In this document: positions 1-10,479 of the stretch, piece after piece
Layout: every line of letters begins with the position of its first letter
Position numbering within the stretch: position 1 is the stretch's first letter
Made by a program: the position numbers and the translations under genes
Notes under the pieces: model-generated
What the model was told of the DNA's origin: nothing
Databases searched by the model: none
What the model saw: the letters and a program-made list of their open reading frames with translations, nothing else
Source: Lacinutrix sp. MedPE-SW
GTDB lineage: Bacteria; Bacteroidota; Bacteroidia; Flavobacteriales; Flavobacteriaceae
Length of the DNA: 64,000 bases
Direction: 5' to 3'
Assembly (NCBI RefSeq): GCF_001874145.1
Contig: NZ_MPCX01000006.1
Coordinates: forward strand, 110,961 to 174,960

Positions 1-35
1 GCCTCTGTAGTTTCTGTACTTGGGTTGTAAAAGGT

Positions 36-665
36 TTAAAAATACGTAATATCTCTTGTTATTATTTTTTTACTATTTGTGTTAGTAAAGCTTTTTTGTA
101 AAGTTATGCAATTACCATTTGCATCCATTTTTAAGCATTGTAATTGTACAGTATTTATAGTATCCTTAGCTTTATTTAAAACAATAATAGTTTCTAAAAG
201 GTTGGTTTTAGCATTGTAATTGTATAATCTGGTATTAAAGTCTGTAAAATTGTCTTCGGTTTTATTTAAAGTTCCATCTGGGTTGTAATAAGCTATATAT
301 TCGTTTACTTTATATTGCTTTTGGGTATAACAACTTATACGTTCTCTTTGTTTAGGTTTCCATCTGGTTTTACAGTAATAAGCTTCTTTATTTGGGAATG
401 AGCGTTTGTTAAAAAAAAGTTTCTTTTCTATGGTTTCAATACGTGTATTTTCTGCATTGTAAACTTCAGCATAATTTATGCGTCCGTTATTAGTTAATTG
501 CATTTTGGTAGTTTCAACCAATTTTTTGTTACCATTAGTTTCAAGGTAAGTTGTTTTTGTTATGCTTTTTATAGCGCCTGTAAGTTGCTTTTTGTTTACA
601 TATTTTTTTGTAGCACAAGACTGTACCAAAGCGAGTAGAAGTATATATTTTAAAACAGTTTTCAA
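36..665 (-). CDS. putative lipoprotein, unknown function
   Basis: N-terminal signal peptide with lipobox-like LALVQSC; no recognisable catalytic motif. Confidence 0.55.
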   Translation of the reverse strand: MKTVLKYILLLALVQSCATKKYVNKKQLTGAIKSITKTTYLETNGNKKLVETTKMQLTNNGRINYAEVYNAENTRIETIEKKLFFNKRSFPNKEAYYCKTRWKPKQRERISCYTQKQYKVNEYIAYYNPDGTLNKTEDNFTDFNTRLYNYNAKTNLLETIIVLNKAKDTINTVQLQCLKMDANGNCITLQKSFTNTNSKKIITRDITYF

Positions 666-698
666 AATTATAGAATTGCTTGTTTTAAAGATACAAAT

Positions 699-1382
699 TT
701 ATTTGTTTTCAATATTAAAGTATGAAATATCCTGATGCTTTTTAATTGCTTTTCTAGACAATAAAATAGCTACTATTAAAGAGACTATTGCACCAATCCA
801 AATACCTGGTACAAAATCTATAAATAAGAAAAAGTCGTAAGCACCATGAAATAAAATTGCTAAGCCTAAACCAGCCATATTAAGTATAAATCTATTATTA
901 GAAAACTTTGCTTTACCCATAAAATATCCCATAAGAATACCAAAGGTTGCATGAGCAGGAATGGCAGTAAAAGCTCTTAAAACTGCTGTAGAAATACCAC
1001 TTTCCATTACGTACATAATATTTTCTGTTGCAGCAAAACCCATTGATACCATTACGGCGTAAACAATACCATCAAAAGGTTCGTTAAACTCTTTATTGCG
1101 TTGTGCAAAAAAGAATACAATAAGATATTTACTTAATTCTTCTGTAAAACCAACAACAAAAAAAGCTTGTACAAACTGTTGCCCAATGCTTAAACTATTA
1201 GTTAGCGGTAAGACAATATCAAAAACACCATATAAAATTAAAGCTAGTATAACACTAACAATAGCTCCTAAAATAAAAGATAGTATTAAAAGTTTTTTTG
1301 GCTCTTTTTCATATTTATCTTTAAAATAAATATAGAATATTACTGCGGCAACAGGAGCAAGTGCATAAAGAATTAAATCCAT
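699..1382 (-). CDS. PrsW-family intramembrane protease
   Basis: Polytopic membrane protein with FTEELSKY, HATFG and HGAYD motifs typical of the PrsW family. Confidence 0.7.
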   Translation of the reverse strand: MDLILYALAPVAAVIFYIYFKDKYEKEPKKLLILSFILGAIVSVILALILYGVFDIVLPLTNSLSIGQQFVQAFFVVGFTEELSKYLIVFFFAQRNKEFNEPFDGIVYAVMVSMGFAATENIMYVMESGISTAVLRAFTAIPAHATFGILMGYFMGKAKFSNNRFILNMAGLGLAILFHGAYDFFLFIDFVPGIWIGAIVSLIVAILLSRKAIKKHQDISYFNIENK

Positions 1383-1400
1383 AAAACGAATGTAGATAAA

Positions 1401-1949
1401 TTATAGCACTTTTTTTATGCTGTTTAAAACAATCTCATAATACGCTTTATTTGATGCTACAAAATGACCATTTGTTTGCGAGTGGTTTAATAGGTTTTGA
1501 AAAGTTTCAGTTGAAACTAATTTTAAAGCTTCAACCTCTTCTTTTTGAGGTGTAAGTTTATTTATATCTACTTTTAATTGGGCTATATAAGTATGATGAA
1601 ATTCATTATCTATAATACCATTATCATATTTTTTAAAGCATTTAAAAGTGCCAATTTTTGTTAAATCATCTTCGCAAATAGATAATCCAATTTCTTCTTC
1701 TATTTCTCTAGTAGCTCCTTTTTTTAAAGTTTCTCCTGCATCTATATGTCCTGCAACACTAACATCCCAAAGTAATGGACAAATAGCTTTTGTTGCAGCA
1801 CGTTGTTGTAATAAAATTTGTCCTGTAGTTGTATAAAACCAAATGTGAACGGTGTTATGGTATAAACCTTTACTATGTATAACGCTTTTTAGAGCAGTTT
1901 TTCCTGTTGTTTCTCCTGTATTGGAAACAATGTCTATAAGTTCGTCCAT
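1401..1949 (-). CDS. NUDIX hydrolase
   Basis: Nudix box GHIDAGETLKKGATREIEEEIGL. Confidence 0.8.
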   Translation of the reverse strand: MDELIDIVSNTGETTGKTALKSVIHSKGLYHNTVHIWFYTTTGQILLQQRAATKAICPLLWDVSVAGHIDAGETLKKGATREIEEEIGLSICEDDLTKIGTFKCFKKYDNGIIDNEFHHTYIAQLKVDINKLTPQKEEVEALKLVSTETFQNLLNHSQTNGHFVASNKAYYEIVLNSIKKVL

Positions 1950-3110
1950 TTAATTGTTATTAATAACAGATTTTATGCAATTAACTAATTTTTTAAAATG
2001 TCTTTCTGTATTAAAATAATGGCAAGACAAACGTATGTATTTTCCTCTAAAGGAAACATAAATTTTTTGTTTAGTTAATTTTGTTTTTAAAAGGTCTATG
2101 TCTATTGTTTTTGGTAATTCTACACCAAATAAGTGATGCGATCTATAGTGATCATCATCAATAAAACAACCAAGATCTTTTAAAGTGTTTACAGCTTCTT
2201 TAGTAATTAGTTTACAATAATTTTGTATGTCTAGTGGCGACCAATTTAATACTTGTTCTAGCGCTTTAATTTGCATGTTTACGTAAATAAAACTTGCATG
2301 TTCTCCAGCGCAATATCTATTTGCTAATGGTTTATATTGGTTTTGATATTGTGTTAATTGCGATAAGTTTTCGCTATTTAATCTATTAGACCAATTTTCT
2401 TCTATAGGTTCTCCATTATCAAAATAAGCACCAAAATAAGCGTAAGCACAACCATAAGGTCCAAATAACCATTTGTATCCTGCACAAATAACGGCATCTG
2501 GATTTATTTCTTTTACCGAAAAAGGCAAAGCACCAATAGATTGGCTACCATCTATAATAAGTAGGCTATTATTCGCTTTTGCTTTTTTACTAATTGCTTT
2601 TAAATTAAAAAGTGAACCGTTAGACCAATGTATATTTCCCATAGCAATTACAGCAGTATTACTAGAAATACTATTTAGTATTAAGGTGTTCCAGTCTCTT
2701 GCACGGTTTTGTTGTGCTTGAGGCATTGTAACTGTTTTAATTGTTGCATTATTTTGGTCTGCAAGTTTTTGCCAAGCATAATAGTTACTAGGAAATTGCT
2801 CACCAATAATTAATATTTCGTCTTCAGGATTTAATGTAATGTTTTTAGTAACAGTTGCTATACCATAAGAAACCGAAGGAATTGTTGCTATACGGTTATA
2901 ATTATCAACATCAATAACTTTAGCAAACAGTTGTTTTAATTTGGTAACAGGCTCAAAATAATTTGACGTTGGTATAGTAAACGGTCTTGATTTTTGTAAA
3001 ACAGATTCTAATCCTGCAATTTCACTAGTTTTTAAAGATGGTGATAAGCTTGCTGTATTTAAGTAGCTAACATCTTCTGGAATATCAAATAAATGTTGTT
3101 GGTGCATCAT
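1950..3110 (-). CDS. class V aminotransferase-fold PLP-dependent enzyme
   Basis: 386 aa; overall resemblance to the aminotransferase class V / cysteine desulfurase-like fold; exact activity not assignable. Confidence 0.55.
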   Translation of the reverse strand: MMHQQHLFDIPEDVSYLNTASLSPSLKTSEIAGLESVLQKSRPFTIPTSNYFEPVTKLKQLFAKVIDVDNYNRIATIPSVSYGIATVTKNITLNPEDEILIIGEQFPSNYYAWQKLADQNNATIKTVTMPQAQQNRARDWNTLILNSISSNTAVIAMGNIHWSNGSLFNLKAISKKAKANNSLLIIDGSQSIGALPFSVKEINPDAVICAGYKWLFGPYGCAYAYFGAYFDNGEPIEENWSNRLNSENLSQLTQYQNQYKPLANRYCAGEHASFIYVNMQIKALEQVLNWSPLDIQNYCKLITKEAVNTLKDLGCFIDDDHYRSHHLFGVELPKTIDIDLLKTKLTKQKIYVSFRGKYIRLSCHYFNTERHFKKLVNCIKSVINNN

Positions 3111-3130
3111 GAGATTAAAAGTATAAAAAA

Positions 3131-3149
3131 AGCCTCTAAAAAAGAGGCT
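3131..3149 (-). terminator. rho-independent terminator after the M42 peptidase gene
   Basis: AGCCTCT-AAAAA-AGAGGCT with a T-run on the minus strand. Confidence 0.7.
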
Positions 3150-3185
3150 TAAAAATAATTTGTTTTATTAAACGTAACCGTGTTT

Positions 3186-4274
3186 TTATTTAAAATAAGA
3201 AAATGTTTCACCATCTTCAATTTTTAAAAGTGTTTCGTAAATTAATTTAATTACATTTTCTACATCATCTTTATGTACAGTTTCTACTGTAGTATGCATA
3301 TAGCGTAGCGGTAAAGAGATTAAAGCAGAAGCAACACCACCATTACTGTAAGCAAAAGCATCTGTATCTGTTCCTGTTGCACGAGAACATGCTGCACGCT
3401 GAAATGGTATTTTTTTCTCCTCGGCAGTATCTGTAATTAAATCTCTTAATTTTTGTTGTACGGCAGGAGCATAAGCCACTACAGGACCTTTACCATTTTC
3501 TACATGGCCTTGTACTTTTTGGTTAATCATTGGAGTAGTAGTATCATGTGTAACATCTGTAACAATAGCTACGTTAGGCTTAATACGATCTGTAATCATT
3601 TGTGCGCCACGTAATCCTATTTCTTCTTGTACAGAGTTTGTTATGTATAATCCAAAAGGTAATTCCTTTTTATTTTCTTTTAGTAAACGTGCTACTTCGG
3701 CAATCATAAAACCACCCATTCTATTATCTAAAGCACGACATACAAAGTTGTTTTTATTTAAAATGTGAAACTCATCTGGATATGTTATTACACATCCTAC
3801 ATGTACACCAAGTTTTTCTACTTCTTCTTTAGTAGTACAACCACAATCTATAAAAATATTGTCTTGTTTTGGCGCTTCTTCTTTAGACTTGTTTCTGGTG
3901 TGTATAGCTGGCCAGCCAAAAACACCTTTTACAATACCATTTTTTGTGTGGATATTTACAATTTTACTAGGTGCAATTTGGTGATCACTACCACCGTTTC
4001 TAATAACAGAAATTAATCCATTATCACTTATGTAATTAACATACCACGAAATCTCATCGGCGTGACCTTCAATAACAACTTTATACTTAGCATCTGGATT
4101 TATAACACCAACGGCAGTACCGTAAGTATCTGTAATAAATGTATCTACATAAGGTTTTAGGTAATCCATCCATATTTTTTGTCCTTCCCACTCGTAACCT
4201 GTTGGAGCTGCGTTATTTAAATATTTTTCTAAAAAGTCCATAGACTTTTTGTTTAGTATGCTTTGTTTTGCCAT
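3186..4274 (-). CDS. M42 family metallopeptidase (glutamyl aminopeptidase/FrvX-like)
   Basis: 362 aa; GHADE, DNRMG and EEIGLRGA motifs typical of M42 peptidases. Confidence 0.75.
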   Translation of the reverse strand: MAKQSILNKKSMDFLEKYLNNAAPTGYEWEGQKIWMDYLKPYVDTFITDTYGTAVGVINPDAKYKVVIEGHADEISWYVNYISDNGLISVIRNGGSDHQIAPSKIVNIHTKNGIVKGVFGWPAIHTRNKSKEEAPKQDNIFIDCGCTTKEEVEKLGVHVGCVITYPDEFHILNKNNFVCRALDNRMGGFMIAEVARLLKENKKELPFGLYITNSVQEEIGLRGAQMITDRIKPNVAIVTDVTHDTTTPMINQKVQGHVENGKGPVVAYAPAVQQKLRDLITDTAEEKKIPFQRAACSRATGTDTDAFAYSNGGVASALISLPLRYMHTTVETVHKDDVENVIKLIYETLLKIEDGETFSYFK

Positions 4275-4398
4275 CTGTTTTTAATTTTGCACTAAAATAA
4301 CAATATTCGAGTATAATTAATAGTTAGCATAAAGTTAATTAGTAATTTTATGCTACTAATAAATTAAATTTTGGAATGATTTTAGCATTTAAGTAATT

Positions 4399-5067
4399 AT
4401 GAAAAAGCGATTTTATTTTATTTTATTTTTTCCGTTGGTTTTTTGGGCACAACAAGATGAAGTGGTTCAAGATTCTACAATGATAGAATATATGATAATT
4501 GACGGTGATTCTATTCCGCGTGAAGCGATAGATTTACAAGAAGTCATGATTTTACATAAGCTGAAATTTTCTAGTAAAGAAGATAGACGAACGTATTTAA
4601 TTTTAAGGCGAAAAACTAAAAAAGTCTATCCGTATGCCAAGTTAGCAGCCGAACGTTTAGAGAGTTTGACTGAAAGATTAGAGTCTTTAGAAAATAAAAG
4701 GCAAAAACGACGTTACTCGAGGAAAATTCAAAAATATATTGAAGGAGAATTTTCTGATGAACTTAAAAAGCTTACAAAAACCGAAGGACAAATACTTATT
4801 AAATTAGTACACAGGCAAACTGGCGAAACTACTTTTGATTTGGTAAAAAACCTAAGAAATGGTTGGCGTGCCTTTTGGTTTAATAACACCGCTAAACTTT
4901 TTAATATAGATTTAAAGCGTGAATATGACCCAGAAAATGTTAAAGAAGATTATTTAATTGAAGATATTTTACAACGCAATTTTCAAAATGGCTCATTAAA
5001 ACGACAGAAATCTGTAATTGATTACGATTTTTATGCGCTTACTAATAAATGGATTAATAAAAAGTAG
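4399..5067 (+). CDS. secreted DUF4294-like protein
   Basis: Signal peptide; conserved Bacteroidota hypothetical protein, assigned from memory. Confidence 0.45.
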   Translation: MKKRFYFILFFPLVFWAQQDEVVQDSTMIEYMIIDGDSIPREAIDLQEVMILHKLKFSSKEDRRTYLILRRKTKKVYPYAKLAAERLESLTERLESLENKRQKRRYSRKIQKYIEGEFSDELKKLTKTEGQILIKLVHRQTGETTFDLVKNLRNGWRAFWFNNTAKLFNIDLKREYDPENVKEDYLIEDILQRNFQNGSLKRQKSVIDYDFYALTNKWINKK

Positions 5068-5072
5068 AGCAG

Positions 5073-5699
5073 ATGCGTATACAAACACCATTTGAAGAAA
5101 AATGGAATACCATTACTCATGCCTTTGGTGCTGTGTTTGGTATTGTTGGTTTAATACTTTTAATATTAAAAGATACGAATAAAACCGAATGGAGTTTTTT
5201 TAGCGTTACCACTTACGGTATTACTTTTATCGTTTTATTTTTAGCTTCTGCTTTGTACCATTACGTGAGTCATGAAAAGTACAAACACTATTTTAGAATT
5301 GCCGATCATATAAATATTTATTTTTTAATTGCAGGTACCTATTCGCCAATAACACTTATTACTTTAGAGCAAAGTTTAGGCTGGACTTTATTTACAATAG
5401 TTTGGTCTATTGCAGCTTTTGGTATCGTTTTAAAATTGTTTTTTACTGGTAGGTTTGAAATTTTATCTTTGGCTTTATACTTAATTATGGGCTGGCTTAT
5501 AGTGTTTGATTATAGTGCTTTACAAGCAGCAATGCCACAAGAAGGCGTTTGGCTTTTAATGGCTGGCGGTTTATTTTATACGCTTGGTGTGGTTTTTTAT
5601 GCTATTGAAAAAATACCTTATAACCATGTTATTTGGCACATTTTTGTTTTGGCTGGTGCTGTTAGCCACTTTTTTATGGTGTACTTTTTTGTGGTTTAG
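5073..5699 (+). CDS. hemolysin III / PAQR family membrane protein
   Basis: 7-TM protein with N-terminal TH, SALYH and C-terminal HxFVLAG motifs. Confidence 0.8.
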   Translation: MRIQTPFEEKWNTITHAFGAVFGIVGLILLILKDTNKTEWSFFSVTTYGITFIVLFLASALYHYVSHEKYKHYFRIADHINIYFLIAGTYSPITLITLEQSLGWTLFTIVWSIAAFGIVLKLFFTGRFEILSLALYLIMGWLIVFDYSALQAAMPQEGVWLLMAGGLFYTLGVVFYAIEKIPYNHVIWHIFVLAGAVSHFFMVYFFVV

Positions 5700-5716
5700 T
5701 GTAAGTGATTTTTTTA

Positions 5717-6145
5717 CTAAGCTTTTATAAAATCTTCATATTCAAAATAAAATGCTTCAAAAGCGGCCATTTTTTCATTAAAAAAGGTCATGACTTGTTG
5801 CCAGTGATTTTTGTTGTGTATATTCACTTTCTCGTCTAATTGCACATAAATTCTAGAAATTTCTTTACCATTTTCTAAAAAATATTCTTCTTCAAAAATA
5901 GCATCTGGTAAAAAATCGTCTAATAATATACTTTTTAGCTGTCCAAGTTTTTCCCAGTAATTAATACGGTTTTCTAAATCATCTTCAAGATCTAAAGCAA
6001 CTAATGCTTTTTTATTATCAAAATGAAATTTAAAACTAAAGCCTTTTATTTTGGTATCGTATTTAATCCATTTTCTAGGAAACGATTTTCCAAAACTAGT
6101 CCAGAATAACTGCTTTATTTTTTTAGATTCTTCTCTGCTAAACAC
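5717..6145 (-). CDS. DUF4268-like hypothetical protein
   Basis: 142-aa soluble ORF with clean boundaries; family assigned from memory only. Confidence 0.4.
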   Translation of the reverse strand: MFSREESKKIKQLFWTSFGKSFPRKWIKYDTKIKGFSFKFHFDNKKALVALDLEDDLENRINYWEKLGQLKSILLDDFLPDAIFEEEYFLENGKEISRIYVQLDEKVNIHNKNHWQQVMTFFNEKMAAFEAFYFEYEDFIKA

Positions 6146-6155
6146 TTGATAGTTT

Positions 6156-6830
6156 TTATATAAAATATGCTAATATTATAGCTGCTACAATAGTTAATAA
6201 CTTAGTTATATTAAATTTATGACCTTCGTTACTTTCAAATAAAATAGTAGTAGATATGTGTAAGAAAATACCAATTACTACTGCCGAAATTTCTTGAAAA
6301 TATGTTTCTAATATAGGAATATTTGTAGATAAAAACACGCCTAAAGGCGTCATTAAAGCAAATAAAAGTAAAAATAGAAACGTTTTACTTTTACTCATTT
6401 TTGAAGCTACAAAAAATGTTGCTAGAATAATCGCTACTGGTAATTTATGTATAATTATGCCGTAAATTAAGCTATGGTGTCCATGAATTGGGATACCTTC
6501 TAAAACACTATGAATACTTAAACTTATAAATAATAACCACGGGAATGTAACGGTGTTTTTATCTAAATGTACGTGTCCATGTTCTGCTCCTTTAGAGAAA
6601 AACTCTAAAATTATTTGCAGTAAAATACCAACCATAATAAACAAACCAATATTGCTATTGTTAGTTTTATATACTTCTGGTAAAAAATTAAATACTGTTA
6701 TAGACAGTAAAAAAGCACCACTAAAAGCTAGTAATAGTTTAAGGTTTCTATTTTGCTTAGGTTTAAATAATAAAACTATGGCAAAACCAATTACTACAGA
6801 TATAATTGGAAGAATTATATTTAAAATCAT
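6156..6830 (-). CDS. ZIP family metal cation transporter
   Basis: Polytopic; His-rich AEHGHVH loop and HSVLEGIPIHGHH motif. Confidence 0.7.
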   Translation of the reverse strand: MILNIILPIISVVIGFAIVLLFKPKQNRNLKLLLAFSGAFLLSITVFNFLPEVYKTNNSNIGLFIMVGILLQIILEFFSKGAEHGHVHLDKNTVTFPWLLFISLSIHSVLEGIPIHGHHSLIYGIIIHKLPVAIILATFFVASKMSKSKTFLFLLLFALMTPLGVFLSTNIPILETYFQEISAVVIGIFLHISTTILFESNEGHKFNITKLLTIVAAIILAYFI

Positions 6831-7567
6831 TATTTAAAAATCAAGATTAAACGCTCACTCTGTTTTCTCATGTATTTACTTAATTTATAGTCTCCAAAAA
6901 CATCTAGTAAATACACACCAGCTTTTTCAAACAGTGCTTCAAAATCTTCTAAAGTAAATGCTCGTACACGTTCTTGAAATTCATAATCCTTACCATCTAC
7001 AGTAAAAGAAATGTCTTTAATTATAAAACCATCTTCTACACGACGTTTTTGGTAAAAATCTATACCATCAACAGTTTTTACATTTTCTGGTACTAAATTT
7101 TCAATAACATACTCACTGTTCATAAAATCTATAACTCCAAAACCAGTTTCGTTTAAATCTGCTTTTATGGCTTCAATTGTCTTTAGGTTATCTTCTAGAT
7201 TATCAAAATAACCAAAGCTTGTAAATAAATTAAAAACGGCATCAAAAGTATCACTATAAGGTTTACACATGTCGTGCACCTCAAAATTTAGTGTTTCGTT
7301 TTCAAATTGTTTTGCATGTGCAATACTATTTGCAGATAAATCTACACCGGTAACGTTATAGCCTAAAGTATTTAAATAAACCGAATGGCGACCTTTACCA
7401 CAAGCTAAATCTAAAATTTTTCCGTGTTCAGGAATGTTTAAATAGTTGGTAAGATTACACATAAACGTTTCAGCTTCAGCATAATCTCTGTCTTTATATA
7501 AAATGTGATAAAATGGTGTATCAAACCATGATGCAAACCAAGTAGTCTCTTCTTTTGTCATATTCAT
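6830..7567 (-). CDS. class I SAM-dependent methyltransferase
   Basis: SAM motif I ILDLACGKGRH. Confidence 0.8.
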   Translation of the reverse strand: MNMTKEETTWFASWFDTPFYHILYKDRDYAEAETFMCNLTNYLNIPEHGKILDLACGKGRHSVYLNTLGYNVTGVDLSANSIAHAKQFENETLNFEVHDMCKPYSDTFDAVFNLFTSFGYFDNLEDNLKTIEAIKADLNETGFGVIDFMNSEYVIENLVPENVKTVDGIDFYQKRRVEDGFIIKDISFTVDGKDYEFQERVRAFTLEDFEALFEKAGVYLLDVFGDYKLSKYMRKQSERLILIFK

Positions 7568-7682
7568 TTCCTATTAAAAAAGGAATGTAATTTTAGTTTA
7601 TTAGATTTATATCACTTTCTTTAATAGTAATTACTAGTAGTAAATGATTTTAGCGCAAAAATAGATTATTTTTGTAACCTAT

Positions 7683-8867
7683 TTGTCGAAAAGTATGGAA
7701 GATAATTTCAAAATGGTAGCCAAAACCTTATTTGGATTTGAAGATTTATTAGCACGAGAGCTTACTCAATTGGGAGCAATGCAGGTTAAAACTGGTGTGC
7801 GTAATGTTAGTTTTGTTGGCGATAAAGGTTTTATGTACAAAGCAAATCTTGCAATACGTACTGCAATTAAAATTTTAAAGCCTATAAGAACTTTTAAAGT
7901 AAGTAGTGAAAAAGATTTGTATTCTCAAGTCTATAAAATGAATTGGTCTAAATACTTAAAATCTTCTGGTTCTTTAGCAATAGATGCTACTGTACACTCT
8001 AAAGTGTTTACACATTCGCAATACACTGCATTAAAAGTAAAAGATGCGATTGTAGATAAGTTTAGAGATGAAACTGGTGAGCGCCCAAATGTAGATTTAC
8101 GTTTTCCAGATTTAAAAATTAATGTTCATATAGACCGTTCTATATGTACTATTTCTTTAGATACTTCTGGAGAATCTTTACACAAGCGTGGTTATAAAAC
8201 GGCTACAAATATAGCTCCTATAAACGAAGTGCTTGCAGCAGGAATGATTATGCTTTCTGGTTGGGATGGACAATCTGATTTTATGGATCCCATGTGTGGT
8301 AGTGGTACTGTTTTAGCAGAAGCTGCTATGATTGCTTGTAATATTCCACCAAATTTAATGCGTAAAGAGTTTGCTTTTGAGCGTTGGAATGATTGGGATG
8401 TTGAGTTATTTGAAAAAATTGAAGAATCGCTTCTTAAAAAAACCAGAGATTTTCATTATAAAATTTTAGGTTACGATAAATCGCCAAGTGCTGTAGCAAA
8501 AGCAAAGGATAATGTTAAAAATGCACATTTAGATGAGTTTATTACTATAAAGCACGAAGACTTCTTTAAAACTCAAAAAGCAGGAGACAATAAACTACAT
8601 ATGGTTTTTAATCCGCCATACGGTGAGCGTTTAGATATAGAAATGGAAAGTTTTTATAAAAACATTGGCGATACTTTAAAACAAGGATATCCAAATACAA
8701 ATGCTTGGTTTATTACCTCTAATTTAGATGCCATAAAACATGTTGGTTTACGTCCGTCACGAAAAATAAAATTAATGAATGCGAAATTAGAATCTCGTTT
8801 AGTAAAATACGAGATGTATGCAGGAAGTAAAAAAGCAAAGTATAAGAATAATAACACTCTTGATTAA
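7683..8867 (+). CDS. THUMP-domain class I SAM-dependent RNA methyltransferase (RlmL/K-like)
   Basis: DPMCGSGT SAM motif and NPPYGERL catalytic motif. The ORF-track start is TTG; ATG at 7695 is the likelier start. Confidence 0.8.
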   Translation: MSKSMEDNFKMVAKTLFGFEDLLARELTQLGAMQVKTGVRNVSFVGDKGFMYKANLAIRTAIKILKPIRTFKVSSEKDLYSQVYKMNWSKYLKSSGSLAIDATVHSKVFTHSQYTALKVKDAIVDKFRDETGERPNVDLRFPDLKINVHIDRSICTISLDTSGESLHKRGYKTATNIAPINEVLAAGMIMLSGWDGQSDFMDPMCGSGTVLAEAAMIACNIPPNLMRKEFAFERWNDWDVELFEKIEESLLKKTRDFHYKILGYDKSPSAVAKAKDNVKNAHLDEFITIKHEDFFKTQKAGDNKLHMVFNPPYGERLDIEMESFYKNIGDTLKQGYPNTNAWFITSNLDAIKHVGLRPSRKIKLMNAKLESRLVKYEMYAGSKKAKYKNNNTLD

Positions 8868-10479
8868 ACACTTATTTAAACAAATACAATCTATATTAAG
8901 CTTAGTATGTTTACTAAGTTTACCATTGCTTGTCATTATTGTTTTGGGCTGGTTTGTAATGCCTTTTACTTACGTTTATTTAAAAGAAGTTATTGCATTT
9001 GGTTTTTTAACAGCGATATTTAGTAGTATTTTCCTTTTTTTTAAATCTGAAAAATTACGTAAATGGTATTTGCTATTTTCAGTTATTTTATTAAGCGTTT
9101 TAGCAGTAATAAAATTAAGTTTTTATATTAATTATGGTGTTAAAATTAGTTCTTCAATTTTGTTTGTAATTTTTGAAACAAATAGGAGTGAAGCATCAGA
9201 TTTTCTTTCTAATTATTTTAATGTAAAAATTATAGGTTTAATTCTGTTTTTTATAGCATTAGTAGGCTTTTCTGTTGTATTTTTAAAACAAAAAAAACTA
9301 AAAAATTTACAGTTTTCATTTCCTATTAAGGCTTTAGGGTTAGTAAGTATTTTAATAGCATTATTTTTTATTTTTACACGTTTTAATAATGAAAACTTAC
9401 TGTATACAACTATTACTTCTTATGAAGATTATACAATAGCAAAAGCAAATTTAAAGGCGGCTTTAGCTAAAGAAAACACAAAAACAATTACTGTAACTAA
9501 CACTTTAAATATACCACAAACGTATGTTGTAGTTATTGGCGAGTCTACCTCAAGCTGGCACATGCAGTTGTATGGTTATGATAGAGAAACAAACCCAAAA
9601 TTAAAAGCCATAGAGAAAGAATTAGTAGTGTTTGATAGTGTTATTACGCCTAATGTACATACTATAGTTGCTTTAGAAAAAATATTAACCTTAGCAGATT
9701 ATAATGCTCCAAAACTAAAAGACAATGCATCAATTGTGCAATTAGCAAACAATGCAGGATTTGAAACGTTTTGGATATCAAATCAAAAACCAGTGGGTTT
9801 GCATGAAAGTATTCCTACACTTATAGGTAATGCTGCAAAAAATAAAAATTTTGTAACAACCGAGCATAGTGCTTATAATATTTATGACGAAGCATTGCTG
9901 CCTTACTTAAAAAAAGCGTTAGATGATAAAGCAAAAAAGAAGATGATTTTTTTACATTTAATAGGAAATCATAGTGCTTACAAAAGGCGTTATCCAGAGC
10001 AATTTAATAAGTTTAAGAATAATAAAAAGAATACAAAAGCCAATAATATTGACGCTTTAGAAAGTATTAATTTTTATGATAATGCTACTTTATACAACGA
10101 TTATATTATAAGAGAAGTTATTGAAGCGGTAAGAGCCAAAAATACCAATAGTTTTGTTTTATACTTATCAGATCATGGAGATGAAGTTTTTGATACTATA
10201 AGTTTAGTTGGACATAACGAGTTTCATGCCACAAGACCAATGTACGAGGTGCCATTTATAGTATGGTTTTCTAAGGCATATAAAAGCTCAAACAAAGATC
10301 TTTTTACTATTAAGGGTTTAAAAAACAGGCCTTATATGTTAGATGATTTTTTTCATAGTTTTTCAGATTTAAGTCGTATTAATTTTGAAGGCTTTAATCC
10401 TGAAAAAAGTATTTTTAATAAAAGGTTTAAAAAGAAAGAAAGATTGATTAAAAAAGGAATTAATTATGACAAAAGGTAA
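8818..10479 (+). CDS. phosphoethanolamine transferase (sulfatase superfamily, EptA-like)
   Basis: N-terminal multi-TM region plus sulfatase domain (VVIGESTSSWH, HLIGNHSAY, SDHGDE). Start uncertain because it overlaps the upstream gene by 50 nt; TTG at 8860 is possible. Confidence 0.7.
   Translation: MQEVKKQSIRIITLLIKHLFKQIQSILSLVCLLSLPLLVIIVLGWFVMPFTYVYLKEVIAFGFLTAIFSSIFLFFKSEKLRKWYLLFSVILLSVLAVIKLSFYINYGVKISSSILFVIFETNRSEASDFLSNYFNVKIIGLILFFIALVGFSVVFLKQKKLKNLQFSFPIKALGLVSILIALFFIFTRFNNENLLYTTITSYEDYTIAKANLKAALAKENTKTITVTNTLNIPQTYVVVIGESTSSWHMQLYGYDRETNPKLKAIEKELVVFDSVITPNVHTIVALEKILTLADYNAPKLKDNASIVQLANNAGFETFWISNQKPVGLHESIPTLIGNAAKNKNFVTTEHSAYNIYDEALLPYLKKALDDKAKKKMIFLHLIGNHSAYKRRYPEQFNKFKNNKKNTKANNIDALESINFYDNATLYNDYIIREVIEAVRAKNTNSFVLYLSDHGDEVFDTISLVGHNEFHATRPMYEVPFIVWFSKAYKSSNKDLFTIKGLKNRPYMLDDFFHSFSDLSRINFEGFNPEKSIFNKRFKKKERLIKKGINYDKR

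Noticed and set aside
1096-1329. Short ORFs antisense to, or nested in, longer well-supported genes. Besides this one, examples are 1648..1836, 2473..2721, 3765..4016, 6553..6837, 8654..8857, 13772..14047, 14137..14370, 14496..14687, 16907..17119, 20000..20182 and 25789..25992. Further examples are 27254..27511, 27584..27796, 33136..33360, 36025..36279, 36994..37296, 40305..40490, 40842..41075 and 41390..41623. The rest are 47724..47936, 49810..50010, 51504..51689, 53559..53783, 56542..56730, 58046..58309, 58673..58942, 61605..61841 and 63482..63688.
   Set aside because: All lie inside or opposite ORFs with clear family motifs. They have low-complexity or Cys/Phe/Ile-rich compositions typical of shadow frames in AT-rich DNA, and no independent start or promoter context.
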